Notes: generated from the letters alone by a model not told the origin. Shown: positions 37,346 to 51,405, counted from the stretch's first letter. The stretch is DNA of 64,000 nucleotides from Octopus sinensis (GCF_006345805.1 NC_043002.1:36828001-36892000), one strand, 5' to 3'. Program-made: numbers and translations.

Positions 37346-38396
37346 ATCACAAAGAATATTACTATCATCATCATCATCATTGTTGTCATCATCGTCATCG
37401 TCGTTGTCGTCATCATCGTCATCGTCATCATTATTATTGAGTGAAGAGCAGTGCATGCCATCAAAGTGACACTGGGGTACAAATATACAAAGCCCAATAC
37501 ACCCATCACGACTATCTGTCTGATATCAGTACAACAGGTACATACATCACAAACATATGTGCATGATATGGTGTCCTTATATCAAGATAAACAGTACATG
37601 ACCTTGTAGTAGAGGCCCAGTTAGAATTTTCTTCAGGTTGAGTAGCCCATCCTGCTCAAAAGGTCCTTGAATTAGGGTTGTTTAAGGATGATGGACGAAA
37701 CATTCATGTTTCCAGAGGTGGATTATTCAAACCCCATTCCTCTCAACACATGGTTCTGATGCTCCCCCACTACTTCTGCTCATGATCAGAGATGTGCATA
37801 TTGTCAGTCACCAAGGGACATGCTCAACTGGTTAAGTCAAGCAAATCTGCAGTATTGAGCAGAGTATTTTCTGTAGCCCATTTTTTATACCAAGACAAAA
37901 CAATGTACATGATAACACTTCCAATCAGTTAAGATTGGAAGCCATGAGAGCCACTGTCTGGTATTGCAGCAGAGAATCAATTATTATCATTATTAGCATT
38001 ACTATTCATCATCATCGTCGTTTAACATCTGCTTTCCATGTTTGTATGGGTTGGATGGTTTGACTGAGGACTGGCAAGACAGAAGGCCGTACCAGGCTCC
38101 AATCTGATCTGGCAAAGTTTCTACAGCTGGATGCCCTTCCTAATACCAACCACTCTGAGAGTGTAGTGGATGCTTTTTACGTGTCACCAGCATGAGGGCC
38201 AGTCAGGCTGTACTGGCATCGACCATGCTTGAATGGTGCTTTTTACATGACATCAGCACTGGAGCCAGTCAGGTGGCACTGGCAACAACCATGCTCAAAT
38301 GGTGCTTTTTATAATAATAATAATAATAATAATATAATAATAATAATAACAATAATAATGATAAAATGATAGTAACGGGTTCTGCCTGACTGGTCC

Positions 38397-38448
<52 letters not shown>

Positions 38449-38816
38449 GCCATTGAAAATGAAAGTGAAGGTAGAGAGGAAAGTTCTGTCCCCTAGTAAA
38501 TTTGTTGAAAATTGGGGGTATGTGGCAAGGATGGTTCATGTGAGTGGGCCTACACTGAACTTTTGTTTGTAAACAGGAGGAATTGAGAAGGAGAGAGAGG
38601 CGCCTGCTGACGTGCACCTAGCAGTCAGAATAACCAGGTTGTGTGGGTTTTGTGGTTGTCCCTGTGAGGAGCTCCCCACTTTTGGGGAATTTTTATTGTT
38701 TAATTGTTTTATTATTTTTTTGTTACTTATTGTGTACATGGCATATTTCAACCGTCCACTTGTCTCTTATATTGTCCCTATTTGTTTTGTGTTCAGCCTT
38801 TGTGGCTAATAAAAGA

Positions 38817-38877
<61 letters not shown>

Positions 38878-39065
38878 TCTTTTTATCTTATGTTGTGTTG
38901 GAATTCCTGGAATCTGGCATGGATAGTGGGGCTTGCTGCCTGCAGCCTATGGTACCTTGCTATCTGTTCTTTTCAACTATCTAATACTTTCCTGATTATT
39001 CTGGCTGTGCCAAGGAGGCATACATTTTGTAACAGTTCTACTGGGCACTCTATTCCAAATTGTTA
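38878..39065 (-). mobile_element. Extreme 3' end of another R4/Dong-like family
   Basis: FGIECPVELLQNVCLLGTARIIRKVLDS* followed by about 90 nt of UTR and (AAT)n; parallels IQKIVLMGTAHILCKILSM*. Confidence 0.7.
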
Positions 39066-39265
39066 TCCTTATTATTATTATTCAGATCTACCAAGATAGA
39101 TTTTGCTTTTCAATTTCCAGGGTCAATAAAGTAAAGTACCAGTGAAGTACTGTAGTTGATGGTACCTACTTACCTCATTACCTCAAATTTACTGGTGTTG
39201 CACCTAAATTCGAAACTATTATTATTATTATTATTATTGTTATTATTATTATTATTATTATTATT

Positions 39266-39288
39266 CATCGTTTAACGTCCACTTTCCA

Positions 39289-39321
<33 letters not shown>

Positions 39322-39360
39322 CATTATTATTATTGTTATTCATTTAACGTCCGTTTTCCA

Positions 39361-39397
<37 letters not shown>

Positions 39398-39423
39398 GTT
39401 ATTCATTTAACGTCCGTTTTCCA

Positions 39424-39475
<52 letters not shown>

Positions 39476-39501
39476 GTTATTCATTTAACGTCCGCTTTCA
39501 T
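39266..39501 (-). repeat. Compound minisatellite: four ~21-24-nt RTE terminal stubs separated by (ATT)n
   Basis: cat(cg)ttaacgtcc(a/g)(c/t)tttccat at 39266, 39341, 39404 and 39482. Confidence 0.9.
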
Positions 39502-40413
39502 ATTATTATTATTATTATTATTATTATTATCATTATTATTATTATTATTTACTATTTTAGATTGATGGAATAGAAGAAAAGGTAGAGTATTTAAGTAATT
39601 GTCTTACTGTTTTCAGTCTCTTGAATTTATTTTTCAAATTAGTCTCGCAGGGGGCAACTTGTTCTTTTATTTTTCCTGCACGAAATAATAACTACCAATC
39701 ATAGTCTAGAGCCAGTTTAATTGACTAAGCACTCTGTCTGTGAACTCATGACCCTCTTGTGATGTTAGACCTCATCATCACCATTATTGTAAAGATTATC
39801 TTATAATTTATTTATTATCCATATACATATATTATGAGATGGTGAATGAAGACGACTCATGATAGAATATAAAAGAATGCAGTAATTCTAAATTTGTATG
39901 GATGCAATTACTTTCAGCACTAATGAAGACAGCGGAATAAGGAAGAGTTTGTTGATCAAACAAATAGATGGTATAAGAGGGAGAGAGAGAGAGGAAGGGA
40001 GGGAGAGAGAGAGAGCATAATGAAAGTAGGTTTAACAGAGGGTCCTGTTGTATTAGGATGGTAAATAAAGGGATTAATAACAGACGTGAAAATTAGAAAT
40101 GCAACAGGACCTTCAGATATAGGTTGCTGAAGCCATCACTGCAGATCGATTTTTATATTAGTCAGGTGCATATTTAATCAGATTGTTCAGAAAGGTGTTA
40201 GCATAGATAACAAGATGACTGACAATGCAGCTCAATCATGCTAGACTTCTGAACTTATATCAAGAACATTGTGCTATTTGTAGATAGTTAGAGAAGACGG
40301 AAGAGAAAAAAAACCCAGCAAAAACGTATTAGTTAAAATGAGACATTGAGAGTGTTATATGAGAAAATGAGAGGTCATAGAAAAAAACATTGCATCATTA
40401 ATATTCAACTGAC

Positions 40414-40652
40414 CTGTGATTTGTGGCAGATTTAGGTGTTCCTGGGCTGTATATTGGAGAAATTGACTTGTTACTAAAGACATCGTCTTCAAGTTCATCT
40501 GTACTGTCGGATGGACTGTCAATCATTAGATTAGTCTTGTCACCTTCCTTCTTTCTGTGTTTCAAGCGCCAACTGCTACGAGTACTTCCTCGACTGCTTG
40601 TTCGACGGAGACGGGGTGATGGTCTTGGTGAACCTCGGAAACTAAGTGAAAC
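40414..40652 (-). CDS. Cav3: Next internal exon of the Cav3 channel (Ser/Arg-rich then acidic part of the II-III linker)
   Basis: Acceptor tatcttttaaccacAG at 40654-40653; donor GTCAGT at 40413-40408; 239 nt, phase 0 in (compatible with the previous exon) and phase 2 out. Open frame VSLSFRGSPRPSPRLRRTSSRGSTRSSWRLKHRKKEGDKTNLMIDSPSDSTDELEDDVFSNKSISPIYSPGTPKSATNH(R). Read-through past the donor hits TAA after 4 codons. The SP-rich, basic, acidic order parallels the vertebrate Cav3 linker. Confidence 0.8.
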
Positions 40653-40761
40653 CTGTGGTTAAAAGATAGTGAGTTGTACTTGATGGTTCATTCACTGGCA
40701 ATATAATGATTAGGAGGAAATATTGCACTAAATTTTGGAATATATCGTCAAAATTATTGTA

Positions 40762-41164
40762 TACTCTTTTACTCTTTTACTTGTTTCAGTCATTTGACCG
40801 TGGCCATGCTGGAGCACCGCCTTTAGTCAAGCAAATCGACCCCAGGACTTATTCTTTATAAGCATAATACTTATTCTATTGGTCTCTTTTGCCAAACTGT
40901 TAAGTTACGGGGATGTAAACACACCAGCATCTGTTGTCAAGCGATGTTGGGGGACAAACAGACACACAAACATATACACACACATATACATATATATACA
41001 TAGATAGGATGGGCTTCTTTCAGTTTCCGTCTACCAAATCCACTCACAAGGCTTTGGTTGGCCTGAGGCTATAGTAGAAGACATTTGCCCAAGGTGCCAC
41101 GCAGTGGGACTGAACATGGAACCATGTGGTTCATAGCAAGCTACTTACTACACAGCCACTCCTG
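40762..41164 (-). mobile_element. SINE family A copy, about 110 nt upstream of the Cav3 exon acceptor
   Basis: Colinear with 9414-9808. Confidence 0.88.
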
Positions 41165-41250
41165 AAAATTTTATTATTAAAAAATACACTATATATATGT
41201 TGGCTACTAAAAAATACCCCCTACCCTGTAATTGCTGGCTTTGTGCCAAA

Positions 41251-41317
<67 letters not shown>

Positions 41318-41379
41318 TTCCGCTGAGGTCAACTTTACCTTTCAACCTTTCAGAGTCAACAAAATAAGTATCAGTTGAG

Positions 41380-42475
41380 ACATTTATGTCGATTGGGACA
41401 GTAATATCAATGATTTTTGTCTGAAGTCCTTCAATATATAGTCTGGCCGATTTGCATTGATCTTTCTGGCAGTTTGAATGGTGAAATTCCAGAGGTGTGA
41501 GAAATGATCATTTTCAAGCACTAGAGGTGGTTTGTGTTCCCACCAGTTTTTATCATGAGGCAGGTCCAGGTTTTTGCAAATTACCCAGTGAATATACTGT
41601 GCTGCTCTATCGTGCCTGTTTAGATACTCTGTAGGTGCAAGAAGCCTGCATATGGAGAGAACATGATCAATGGTTTCATTTTGTTGTTTACATATATGAC
41701 ATTTTGGGCTACTGCCATTCTTTAATATGTTGACCTGGTAGCTCCTTGTAGGTAAGCATTGATCTTGGGCTGCAATGATAAACCCTTCTGTTTCTGATTT
41801 TAAGCCAGAATACACTAACCATTGATGTGTAAGGACTTTGTCAACATCGGCATTATTAGCTCTCTTTGGGTATTTGCCATTGCGAGGTTTTTCTTGATAT
41901 TTATCAGTAAGAATATCTTAGGCAGCAGTTTTAGCACAGGTTTTCATATGCTTAGCTTTTTCTGTGCTTATTTCCCATATGTTTAATTCTGGGATTTGTT
42001 GTATTTGGAATTCACTTAGATATTCCTTTGCAAGTTTTGTTACTGAGTATGATGTTTTCTTGTTTTCGTGCTTTAAGACAAGTTTTAACATTCAGCCATC
42101 AGAGTTTTTCAGGAAGGTGTTTAGACCAACTGTGGCAATCTTCATTGTTAATTTCAGTTGTAAAAGTCCACAACCACCTTCTTTTCTTGGCAGGTAAAGT
42201 CGTTCTAAATTTGCCTTATGGTGGTGCATTCTATGCATTGTCAGCAATTTTCATATTTTTCTGTCAAGATTACATATTTCAGAAAATGATATTGAAACTG
42301 TAAGCTACAACTGGTATGACTAAAGTATTGATTGCTTCGATCCTGTTTCTTGAATTCAGCTCTGTTTTGAGTATTGCCAAACACCCTCAAATACCCCTAG
42401 GTATTTGTAGCTCTCCACTGGTTCTAATTTCTTTATGACATTCTGCTGGTCAAGATTAACGCTGGATGTTTCAGT
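41380..42475 (-). mobile_element. Second R4/Dong-like copy, degraded and lacking its 3' end
   Basis: ORF 41384-41815 is near-identical in motif order to 18165-19034 (KSETEGFIIAAQDQ, CHICKQQNETIDHVLSIC, RPDYILKD). Joined at 41380 to a SINE body fragment; the 5' side abuts (ATT)n/(CTT)n. Confidence 0.88.
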
Positions 42476-42513
42476 TATTTTTTTATTTCATTATTATTGT
42501 TATTCTTCTTCTT

Positions 42514-42544
<31 letters not shown>

Positions 42545-43245
42545 TTATTATTATTATTATAATATTATCATCTCATGATAGCCAAACAAATCCAGCATTC
42601 ATCAGATATGCTAGAATGGAACAGTATGGTCTGTGTTCTTTGTCACTAGAGGCCTTATATCAAGTGTATGTTGTTAAGTAACATTTTGATTTGATTGACT
42701 TTGAAAGTAGTGCTCCAGAATGGTTGTAGTTCAATGATTGAAACCATCAAGTGAATAAAAGAATGCATAAGTGTGCAAAAATACATGCTATCTACAGTTA
42801 CAAATATACAACCAAACTGGCATAACAGTACAAAAACACACCCCATGAATATAAAGGTTGTTCTTGTCAGGACTGCCATCTTTGATTAAATTCAGCTTAG
42901 AAGAATACATCACTTTCTTTCACAAATATAACAAAAAACAAACAAACAAACAACCCAAAACTCCCCCCAAAACAAACAACAATCTCCAAACAGTTTCTCC
43001 CTCCCTCTCTCCCTTTGCATATGTGTTTGTATATGTAAGTGTGCTTATAAAAGTATTTGTATTTATGTTTGAATCAATGCATATATGCATGGAGAGGAGA
43101 TGGTAAATGATGATGATATATATGTGTGCATGTGTGTGTGTGTGTAAGTCATCTAAGAGTCCATAAGTCATAAGTCAGGAAAAAATGGACTTGTATAATG
43201 CACTCGTATATCTATTAATATATATATATATATATATATATATGT

Positions 43246-43297
<52 letters not shown>

Positions 43298-43588
43298 GTC
43301 AATATATATATATATACATATATATACATCAATATATATACGCACACACAAACACATATTTGCATAAACACATTTCATGCACCTATATTAATATGATTTT
43401 TTTGCAGAAGCATGAAATCTTAGATGGAAAAGACAAATGGTAATTTGTTGTGGCCGTATCACTCATAAAATTACATGTGACATTAGTGAAATAGTTTCAT
43501 TTGGGAGGTTGAAATAATTCTGTAGCCTTGAGTCTGTGTGTCAAAAGCACAACTGTTCCCCACTTATCATAAGTATCTTCACTACATA

Positions 43589-43658
<70 letters not shown>

Positions 43659-43661
<3 letters not shown>

Positions 43662-44037
43662 TTTTACTCTTTTACTTGTTTCAGTCATTTGACTGTGGCC
43701 ATGCTGGAGCACCACATTTAGTCGAGCAAATCAACCCCAAGACGTATTCTTTGTAAGCCTAGTACTTATTCTATCGGCCTCTTTTGCGGAACTACTAAGT
43801 TATTGGGACGTAAACCCACCAGCATCGGTTGTCAAGCACAAACATATACATGCACATACATATATATATATACATATATACGATGAGCTTCTTTCAGTTT
43901 CCGTCTACCAAATCCACTCACAAGGCTTTGGTTGGCCTGAGGCTATAGTAGAAGACACTTGCCCAAGGTGCCATGCAGTGGGACTGAACCCAGAACCATG
44001 TGGTTGGTAAGCAAGCTACTTACCACACATCCACTCC

Positions 44038-44038
<1 letters not shown>
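43659..44038 (-). mobile_element. SINE family A copy
   Basis: Colinear with 9414-9808. Confidence 0.88.
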
Positions 44039-44069
<31 letters not shown>

Positions 44070-44929
44070 TATATATGTATATGTGTGTGTGTACAATTAT
44101 GTGCTTTGACTTCACCATTACACCATTTCAGCCCTTATTTCTAGCAATGTAGGAGTTTCCAACACCTTAGTCATACTTAGTGACTATTATGGTTTTCCTT
44201 TTTGGTAAACATTGCATACCGTTGTCTGTATTAATTTTATGTATACACATTAGTGATTTGTTAGATTATCCATAAATTCTTATGGTGAAAACATGTGCAC
44301 ATGTATGTATATGTGTGTGTGGGTACTGAAGTTATACTTGCTTGACAAGTAACATGATCTAAGACGGAGTATTGAAACTGAAACAATTGCACCATGCAGG
44401 AGTTATTCTAACCATTTAATGTTTTCCTTACCATTTTTCTGTTGAAATACATTGCATTTATTTCAATTAATTTTTTCAAAGAATGAAGAGTTCAGTAAAA
44501 TACTCAGGCCATTATTAAACTGCTCCTTGGAACATAAATTAACATAAAATTTTGAAGGGAGGCTTTAATTAAGATTTAAAGTGTGTTTGCCAAGATGAGT
44601 TTCAGAAGGGTAATAAAAACATGCAAAAACATTAACTCTTTTGCTTCTAAACCGGCCATATCTGGTTAAAATATTCTACCTGTTTTATGACCAGATCTGG
44701 CCTCTCACACCAACCCTATAGTCTCATTCTAAATATTAACAGTTACCTCTTCAAAATCTCAAAGGTACAACATAATACATGATTAATACAGAAAAATGAG
44801 GATAAATAAGATTTACTTCTGAACGAGTAATGTGACACTAGAGGGTTAAGAGGGGAAAAAATGGATGATGGAAAGAGAAGTTCAGTGTATGAGAAGCTGA
44901 CAGAGAAAATAATAAAATGCATCACTTAC

Positions 44930-45219
44930 CGATGATCTGTCGGAGGATTCAACTGATAAGGAACTCCGATGAACTGTTGATTGGCGCTGAAGTACTGGTC
45001 TGATTACAGATAATTTGTTGTTAGTGTCTTTGGTAAGCATCTCATTCGGGGAACCTTGGGGTGTGGCCATGGGTGTTGCTGCTGTATGGGTGATGATAGG
45101 GGGGTTGCCTGGACCATCAGGCAAAGGTATCGCTGCTAGTTCTCGTGATAAACAAATATGCATTGAGGAAGTCAAAGGATCTGTTGCACCTGCACAAGGC
45201 AATGCTAACATCTTCTTTT
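44930..45219 (-). CDS. Cav3: Internal exon of a T-type voltage-gated calcium channel alpha1 subunit (start of the II-III linker)
   Basis: Acceptor tgtctttttgcAG at 45221-45220; donor GTAAGT at 44929-44924; 290 nt, phase 1 in and phase 0 out. Translates (E)KKMLALPCAGATDPLTSSMHICLSRELAAIPLPDGPGNPPIITHTAATPMATPQGSPNEMLTKDTNNKLSVIRPVLQRQSTVHRSSLSVESSDRSS. KKMLAL and PIITHTAATPM match my recollection of the Cav3.1 II-III linker (KKCLAL...PLIIHTAATPM). No alignment was run. Confidence 0.85.
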
Positions 45220-45234
45220 CTGCAAAAAGACATG

Positions 45235-45455
<221 letters not shown>

Positions 45456-47013
45456 ATGGGTTGTGGTTTTTAACATCATATTTTAAAATATTCAATAATC
45501 ATTTACATTTTTATTTTATAATTTTATATCTTACTATCTTTTATCATTTGCTTGTTTCAGTCATTAGACTGTGGGCATGCTGGGGCACCACCTTGAAGAA
45601 TTTTTAGTCGAATGAATCAACCTTAGTACTTATTATTTTTAAACCTGGCACTTATTGTGAAATTGTAGTTGTAGCTGTTGCTGGTGTCATGTAAATAGCA
45701 TCCATGAAATCATAGTTGTGGGTGTTATGGAAATGACACCCATGCTAGGGGCACATAAAAAGCACTCATTACACTCTTAAGGAGTGTAATGGGTGTTTTT
45801 TAGAAATCAAGCCAAAACAGATTATAGAACCTGGTGCAGCTCTCCAGCTTACCAGTTCTGGTCCCGTCTCACCCATGCCAGTATGGAAAGCAGATGATAA
45901 ATGATGATCATCATGATGATTTTATATATATATATATATTATATATATATATATATATATTTATATGCATGACAGGCTTTCAGTTCCTGTTTACCAAATC
46001 CACTCACAAGGCTTTGGTCAGCCTGAGGCTATAGTAGAAGACACTTGCCCAAAGTCTCACACTGTGGGACTGAACCCAGAACTTGTTTGTATTCTTCAAA
46101 ATTTTGATTATGGATTATATAAAGCAACAAATTAAAGTGATTTGTATGTATCATTATTGCAAGTGGTTTGCAACTTGATGCCCTTTCTAACCCAATGCTG
46201 ACAACCTAGATATTAACTGAAAGGATTTTCTGTATTCTATAAGAGGCAGCAATTTACATAAAAAAAGTACTTATGCATTAAAATTAATACACATCAAGTC
46301 ATCACCCAACAGCTTGCCTATATTATATTTTGCTACTCATATTTTATCTAAAAAAAACATTACAAATATATTAAATCTTCAAGTGTCATGAAATAGCATG
46401 CTAGAGATACACTCATAACAGGTAACAGTTTAAAAATAAAACTGACTGCATCATTTTAATCCTTCAACTTCTCTGCATGACAAGCTTAACAATAAAATTC
46501 TAAGTAACTTTACATCAACAAATGTTGAAAAAATTGAAATTCCTTTGTCAGCTTCTATATAAGATATATTATCTTTTCAAAGATTTTCTCTCAAATTTTA
46601 TACTTTTTCTTTTCAGAATAGTTTTAAAAAATGCTTTAAAACTAACATAATGGAAGATTTGAAAGATCATAACAGTGATAAAAAAAAAAAATAGATAGGT
46701 CTTTATCCTGTAAATCTATCCTGCTATTGGTAAATTATCTGTGATCCCCTCTGAGATAATATAATGGATATGTATGTATATGTGTGAGTGTGTGTATTTA
46801 TGAATATATATGTGTGTGTGTGTGTGTGTATATATATACACATACATACACACACACACACATATATATATATGCATACATACATATACATACATGTATA
46901 TATGTATGTTTGTGTGTGTGTGTGCATGTATAGATATATATTTATATATGTTCATACAATACATACATACATACATGCATATATATATATATAATATATA
47001 TATATGTGTAATA

Positions 47014-47058
<45 letters not shown>

Positions 47059-48952
47059 TATATATACATACACATATATACATATATATATATGCACATA
47101 CATACATATACATATGCATGTATATATATATATATCTATCTATCCATCAATATATATATATACATGCATACTTATGTGATGAAGGGTCTTGGTGTTAAAT
47201 TGTCAGAAAAATAATCTTCAAACAGATCAGTCATTTACAATCTACTTAAGGAAATAGAAGAAATAAGAATTTTCTTCCTCTTAATCAGACCTAAGTATTT
47301 GTCTCCTCTAACATTATTTCTAAAAGTTGTTAGCTATTGCAATTCTATTCTCTTTGCACAAAGAGTGTGAAATTTAAAACCCAATATTCAAAGTTATTGT
47401 TCTTATATTTTTCAGAATTCCATTTAAAAAGTATATATATATATATATATATAATTATTCAACCCTGAAAATATGAAAGACAAATTTGACCTTGGTGGGT
47501 TTTGAGTTTGGACTATTGAGATGTAGGATGAATACTACAAGTCACTCCAACAACTCTACCTATTTGAAATCCTCTTGTATTGATGTATTGATGTAGATAT
47601 ATACTGGTTTCAGATTTTGGCACGAAGCCAGCAATTGTGGAGGAGGAGGTAAGTCGATTACATTGGACACAGTGTTCAACTGGTACTTATTTTATTGTCC
47701 CACAACAGGATGAAAGACTAAGTTCACCTTGGCAGTATTTGAACTCAGAATGTAAAGGTGGAAGAAATGCCACTAAGCATTTTTTTCCAGTATGGTAATG
47801 GTTCTACCAGCTCGCTGCCTTAATATGGATGTCTATTAATGGCATTGTTTAGCCTCATGTCAATTGTGACTGAGCAAAGCTAAGATCAAAGACATTCCAG
47901 CTATGACCATAGTATAGTTTTTTAAGACATAATATAACTAAGACTCCGTTACAGGGTCCAGTTCTTAGTGGTTGTATGGTGAGCTGCATGTCTCAATGAC
48001 CCTGAGAGTTATGCCAACTGATTGGAAGCTCCTGTTAAGTCCCTCTCATACTGAATAGGTGAACGGGCAGAGGCTGTACTAATATGGACCATCTATTCCT
48101 AGAGGTAAATTTGGATTTACTTAAGGCCAAGTACTCCTATCTAGAAAAAAGCAAAGTTACTAAAGCATCAATGATAATTCAGAACCAAGAAAACCTTGGA
48201 GAAGATGACTTTCCACCAGAGAAACATGAATCTAGAAGGAAGGTGGAAGAGAGGACACCCTAAAAGTAACAGTAGGAAAGATACTGAAGTAGATTCAAAA
48301 AAGCAGAGATGCAACTGAAGGGAAACAAAAAAAAGCCTAGAGGTCAAGAATGAAGGCATAAAGTTGTCAATTGTTTATGCTTTACAGGGAGTGAAGACCT
48401 TAAAGAAAGGGTACTTGGGGCTAGATTATTCTATGAGTATTTTGTTTTATTAAGCTGTTGAGACATGATTTAAGAGGGTAATCAGCTGTTATTTGTAGCA
48501 GGTTAAGCAATAAATACTTTGTCACTGGTTTGTGAACATGTGGCTGCTGTTTAATCACAGGACATTTCTGAGCAAGCAGATATATAACCAAAAATATTCC
48601 TGATATGACCATTCTATCTTCTTCAGAAACAGTATTTCTAAGACTACATTATATACTTTCTGCTTTTAAGGTGGTATGGAAGATCATTTGAGGGAAATTT
48701 AACTGCTATTTCATGTAGGCCATGTAATAGAATAGGAACCCCTTCATTGGCTCATGAACAAATGTGTGATATGGACATTTATTAATAGTAAAGAATGTAT
48801 ACTTAGTGGTTATGTGTGAGTGTGTGTGTACGTGCGTATGCATGCATGTGTGTATGTAGAAGTAGGAGGTTATTTGCAGTTGATGGTGTCTAAAGTTAAG
48901 ATAGCTGAACTGAACTTCACATATAAGTTCATGCAATATTGAAACTTATATC

Positions 48953-49360
48953 TCTCTTTACTCTTACTCTTTTACTTGTTTCAGTCATTCGACTGTGGCC
49001 ATGCTAAAGCACCGCCTTTAGTCGAGCAAATCGACCCTGGGACTTATTCTTTGTAAGCCCAGTACTTATTCTATCGGTCTCTTTTGCGGAACCACTAAGT
49101 GACGGGGACATAAACACACCAGCATCGGTTGTCAAGCAATGTTAGAGGGACAAACACAGACACACAAACATATACACACACATACATATACATATATATG
49201 ACAGGCTTCTTTCAGTTTCCGTCTACCAAATCCACTCACAAGGTATTGGTCGGTCCGAGGCTATAGTAGAAGACACTTGCCCAAGATGCCACGCAGTGGG
49301 ACTGAACCCGGAACCATGTGGTTGGTAAGCAAGCTACTTACCACACAGCCACTCCTGCAC
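48953..49360 (-). mobile_element. SINE family A copy (near full length)
   Basis: Colinear with 9414-9808. Confidence 0.9.
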
Positions 49361-50503
49361 CTATATGAATAGTTTATTGAACTAATACATGGATAACTCT
49401 GAGTCTGATAAATGTGTGTGTATAATTTAATGGGCATGTGTCTGTGTGAGTGTATACATGAACATAATTTCACAAAGAGTGGGACCACTAGCAAAATACT
49501 TAATTCTAAATTTTTAAATCTAATGCAGAAGAGTTGAAGCCTGCTGATACTACCATTGCATAGAAGAGACTAAAAACTTTCATCATTCAAAGCTAATTTT
49601 ACAATTCTTAGGCTTTTTCCTGTTTTTTTTTTTTTCTTTTACAAATTTAAATATCCTGTTGTTTCTGGTTCTGGTCAGAAAAAGCAAATGTTTTATTATT
49701 CGCTGTTTATCTTTTAAGAGTTGTTGCATTTATAACAACTTGCTGCTTCTTTACAAAATATAGAATGTCTCTGCTAATGATCTAATTCACTTCCTTGTGG
49801 GTTTTCAGTTTTATTATATTTTAATTTTTATTATGTATGTCCTTTTAAGGATTGAAAAATACATTAATAAAAAGATGAAAACAAAAACAAGGCAATGTGC
49901 CCCCTCCCACCAACCACTGTAAAAAAATACAAAGCAAAGGAAAGAACCCTTAAATAAATAATTTAATAAATAAATAGTTTAACTGAGGCTTGTTTTTTTA
50001 ACCTTTTCTCAATTTAATCTGGGGAAAAGGTTGTCACATGATTATTTCTTCATTAATTTAGAAAATAAATAAACCAGGAACATGGTAATTAACTTTCTTC
50101 TAGGAAATTCATTATTGGTTTCTCTATTTTTTTTGTTTTTGTCAATTTTTTTAGAAAAATAACAGCAAAAAAGAGAAAAAAAAACAACAAAAAACAAAAG
50201 GATCATAATGTTAATAATAAAAAAAAATATTAACTTCAAATTAAACATGCCAATTTTAATTAAATATTCAATGAAAAAAGATTGGAGATATTATTAGAAT
50301 AAAGGTTTCTTGAAATTTAAGTAGTTCTGTTAAAAGTAAAAAAAAAAGTCATTTCATTTTAGTTGCAAAACATGTGGAGGGGATGTTTGCAATCAAGTGT
50401 CACAAAATGAATGACATAAAAATAATGGTGATCGTGGTGGTCGTGGTAAAGGAGTTATAAAGAGAATGAAAATAGAAAGAGAAAAGTATAAAGAGAGAGA
50501 ATA

Positions 50504-51009
50504 TCTATATATATAAAACTGTAGTTGTGTGAGTGTCTGTCCCCTTCGATTTAGATTCCTAACTCCTCCCACATTTTGCGGTGCAGTTTAACCAAATTCG
50601 GGTATCTTATAGTCGTGATTCATATCGAGCCCGTCTGACTATTAGCGCGCGTCAACGATGAGTCTACGATTTTAAAAATAATTTAACATAATTTTTTATT
50701 CCATTTTAATGCATAAAATGCATCGTGTGTCGATGGCGGTGGAGTTGGCGTCCACGCTCACAGCTGCACCTGTTTGCTTCTCCCCCTTCCCTCCCTCGTG
50801 AAGCTGTGGGGAAGGGAGTGTAAAGAAATCAACGTCGTAATGCGTTGTGAAGGAAACCAGCGTTCTTTTAGAACAACGACTTCATGGCTTGAAGACACCA
50901 AAACAAAAATGGCTAAGAAAGCCCGAATTTATAAGGGAAGTAACTCTCTAAAAATGCTTATATAGTTATTTCCCTTACAAACCCGAGCAACACCGGGCGA
51001 TACTGCTAG
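50504..51009 (+). mobile_element. Complete non-autonomous Helitron
   Basis: A|TC 5' end at 50503/50504; 3' CCCG-agcaacac-CGGG hairpin (50982-50997) 8 nt before CTAG|T (51006-51010); no TSD; CpG-rich relative to flanks. Confidence 0.85.
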
Positions 51010-51339
51010 TATAGTATAAAGGAGTATAAAAGAAATACAAAATAAAGAAATGATTTCAAAGACTAAGAATCATATGAACGCAAGATATATAAAAACGACA
51101 ATGAAGAGAATGTAAGAATAGTTTTGAAGTATAAAAATGCACAAATGAAGTAATAACTATTTCATTAGAGGAGGAATGTTTTGGTAGATTTGCTTTAAAG
51201 AAACATGGATGGCATGTCAGGCCAAACAAAGCTTTGAGAGTGAATTTAGAAGAAAACTGGAAAAAGACCTTTATATCTATCTAGCTATCTATCTATCTGT
51301 CTGTCTGTCTATGCATCCATCCATCCACCCAAAAAATCC

Positions 51340-51355
51340 CCACCTACCTACCTAC

Positions 51356-51405
<50 letters not shown>

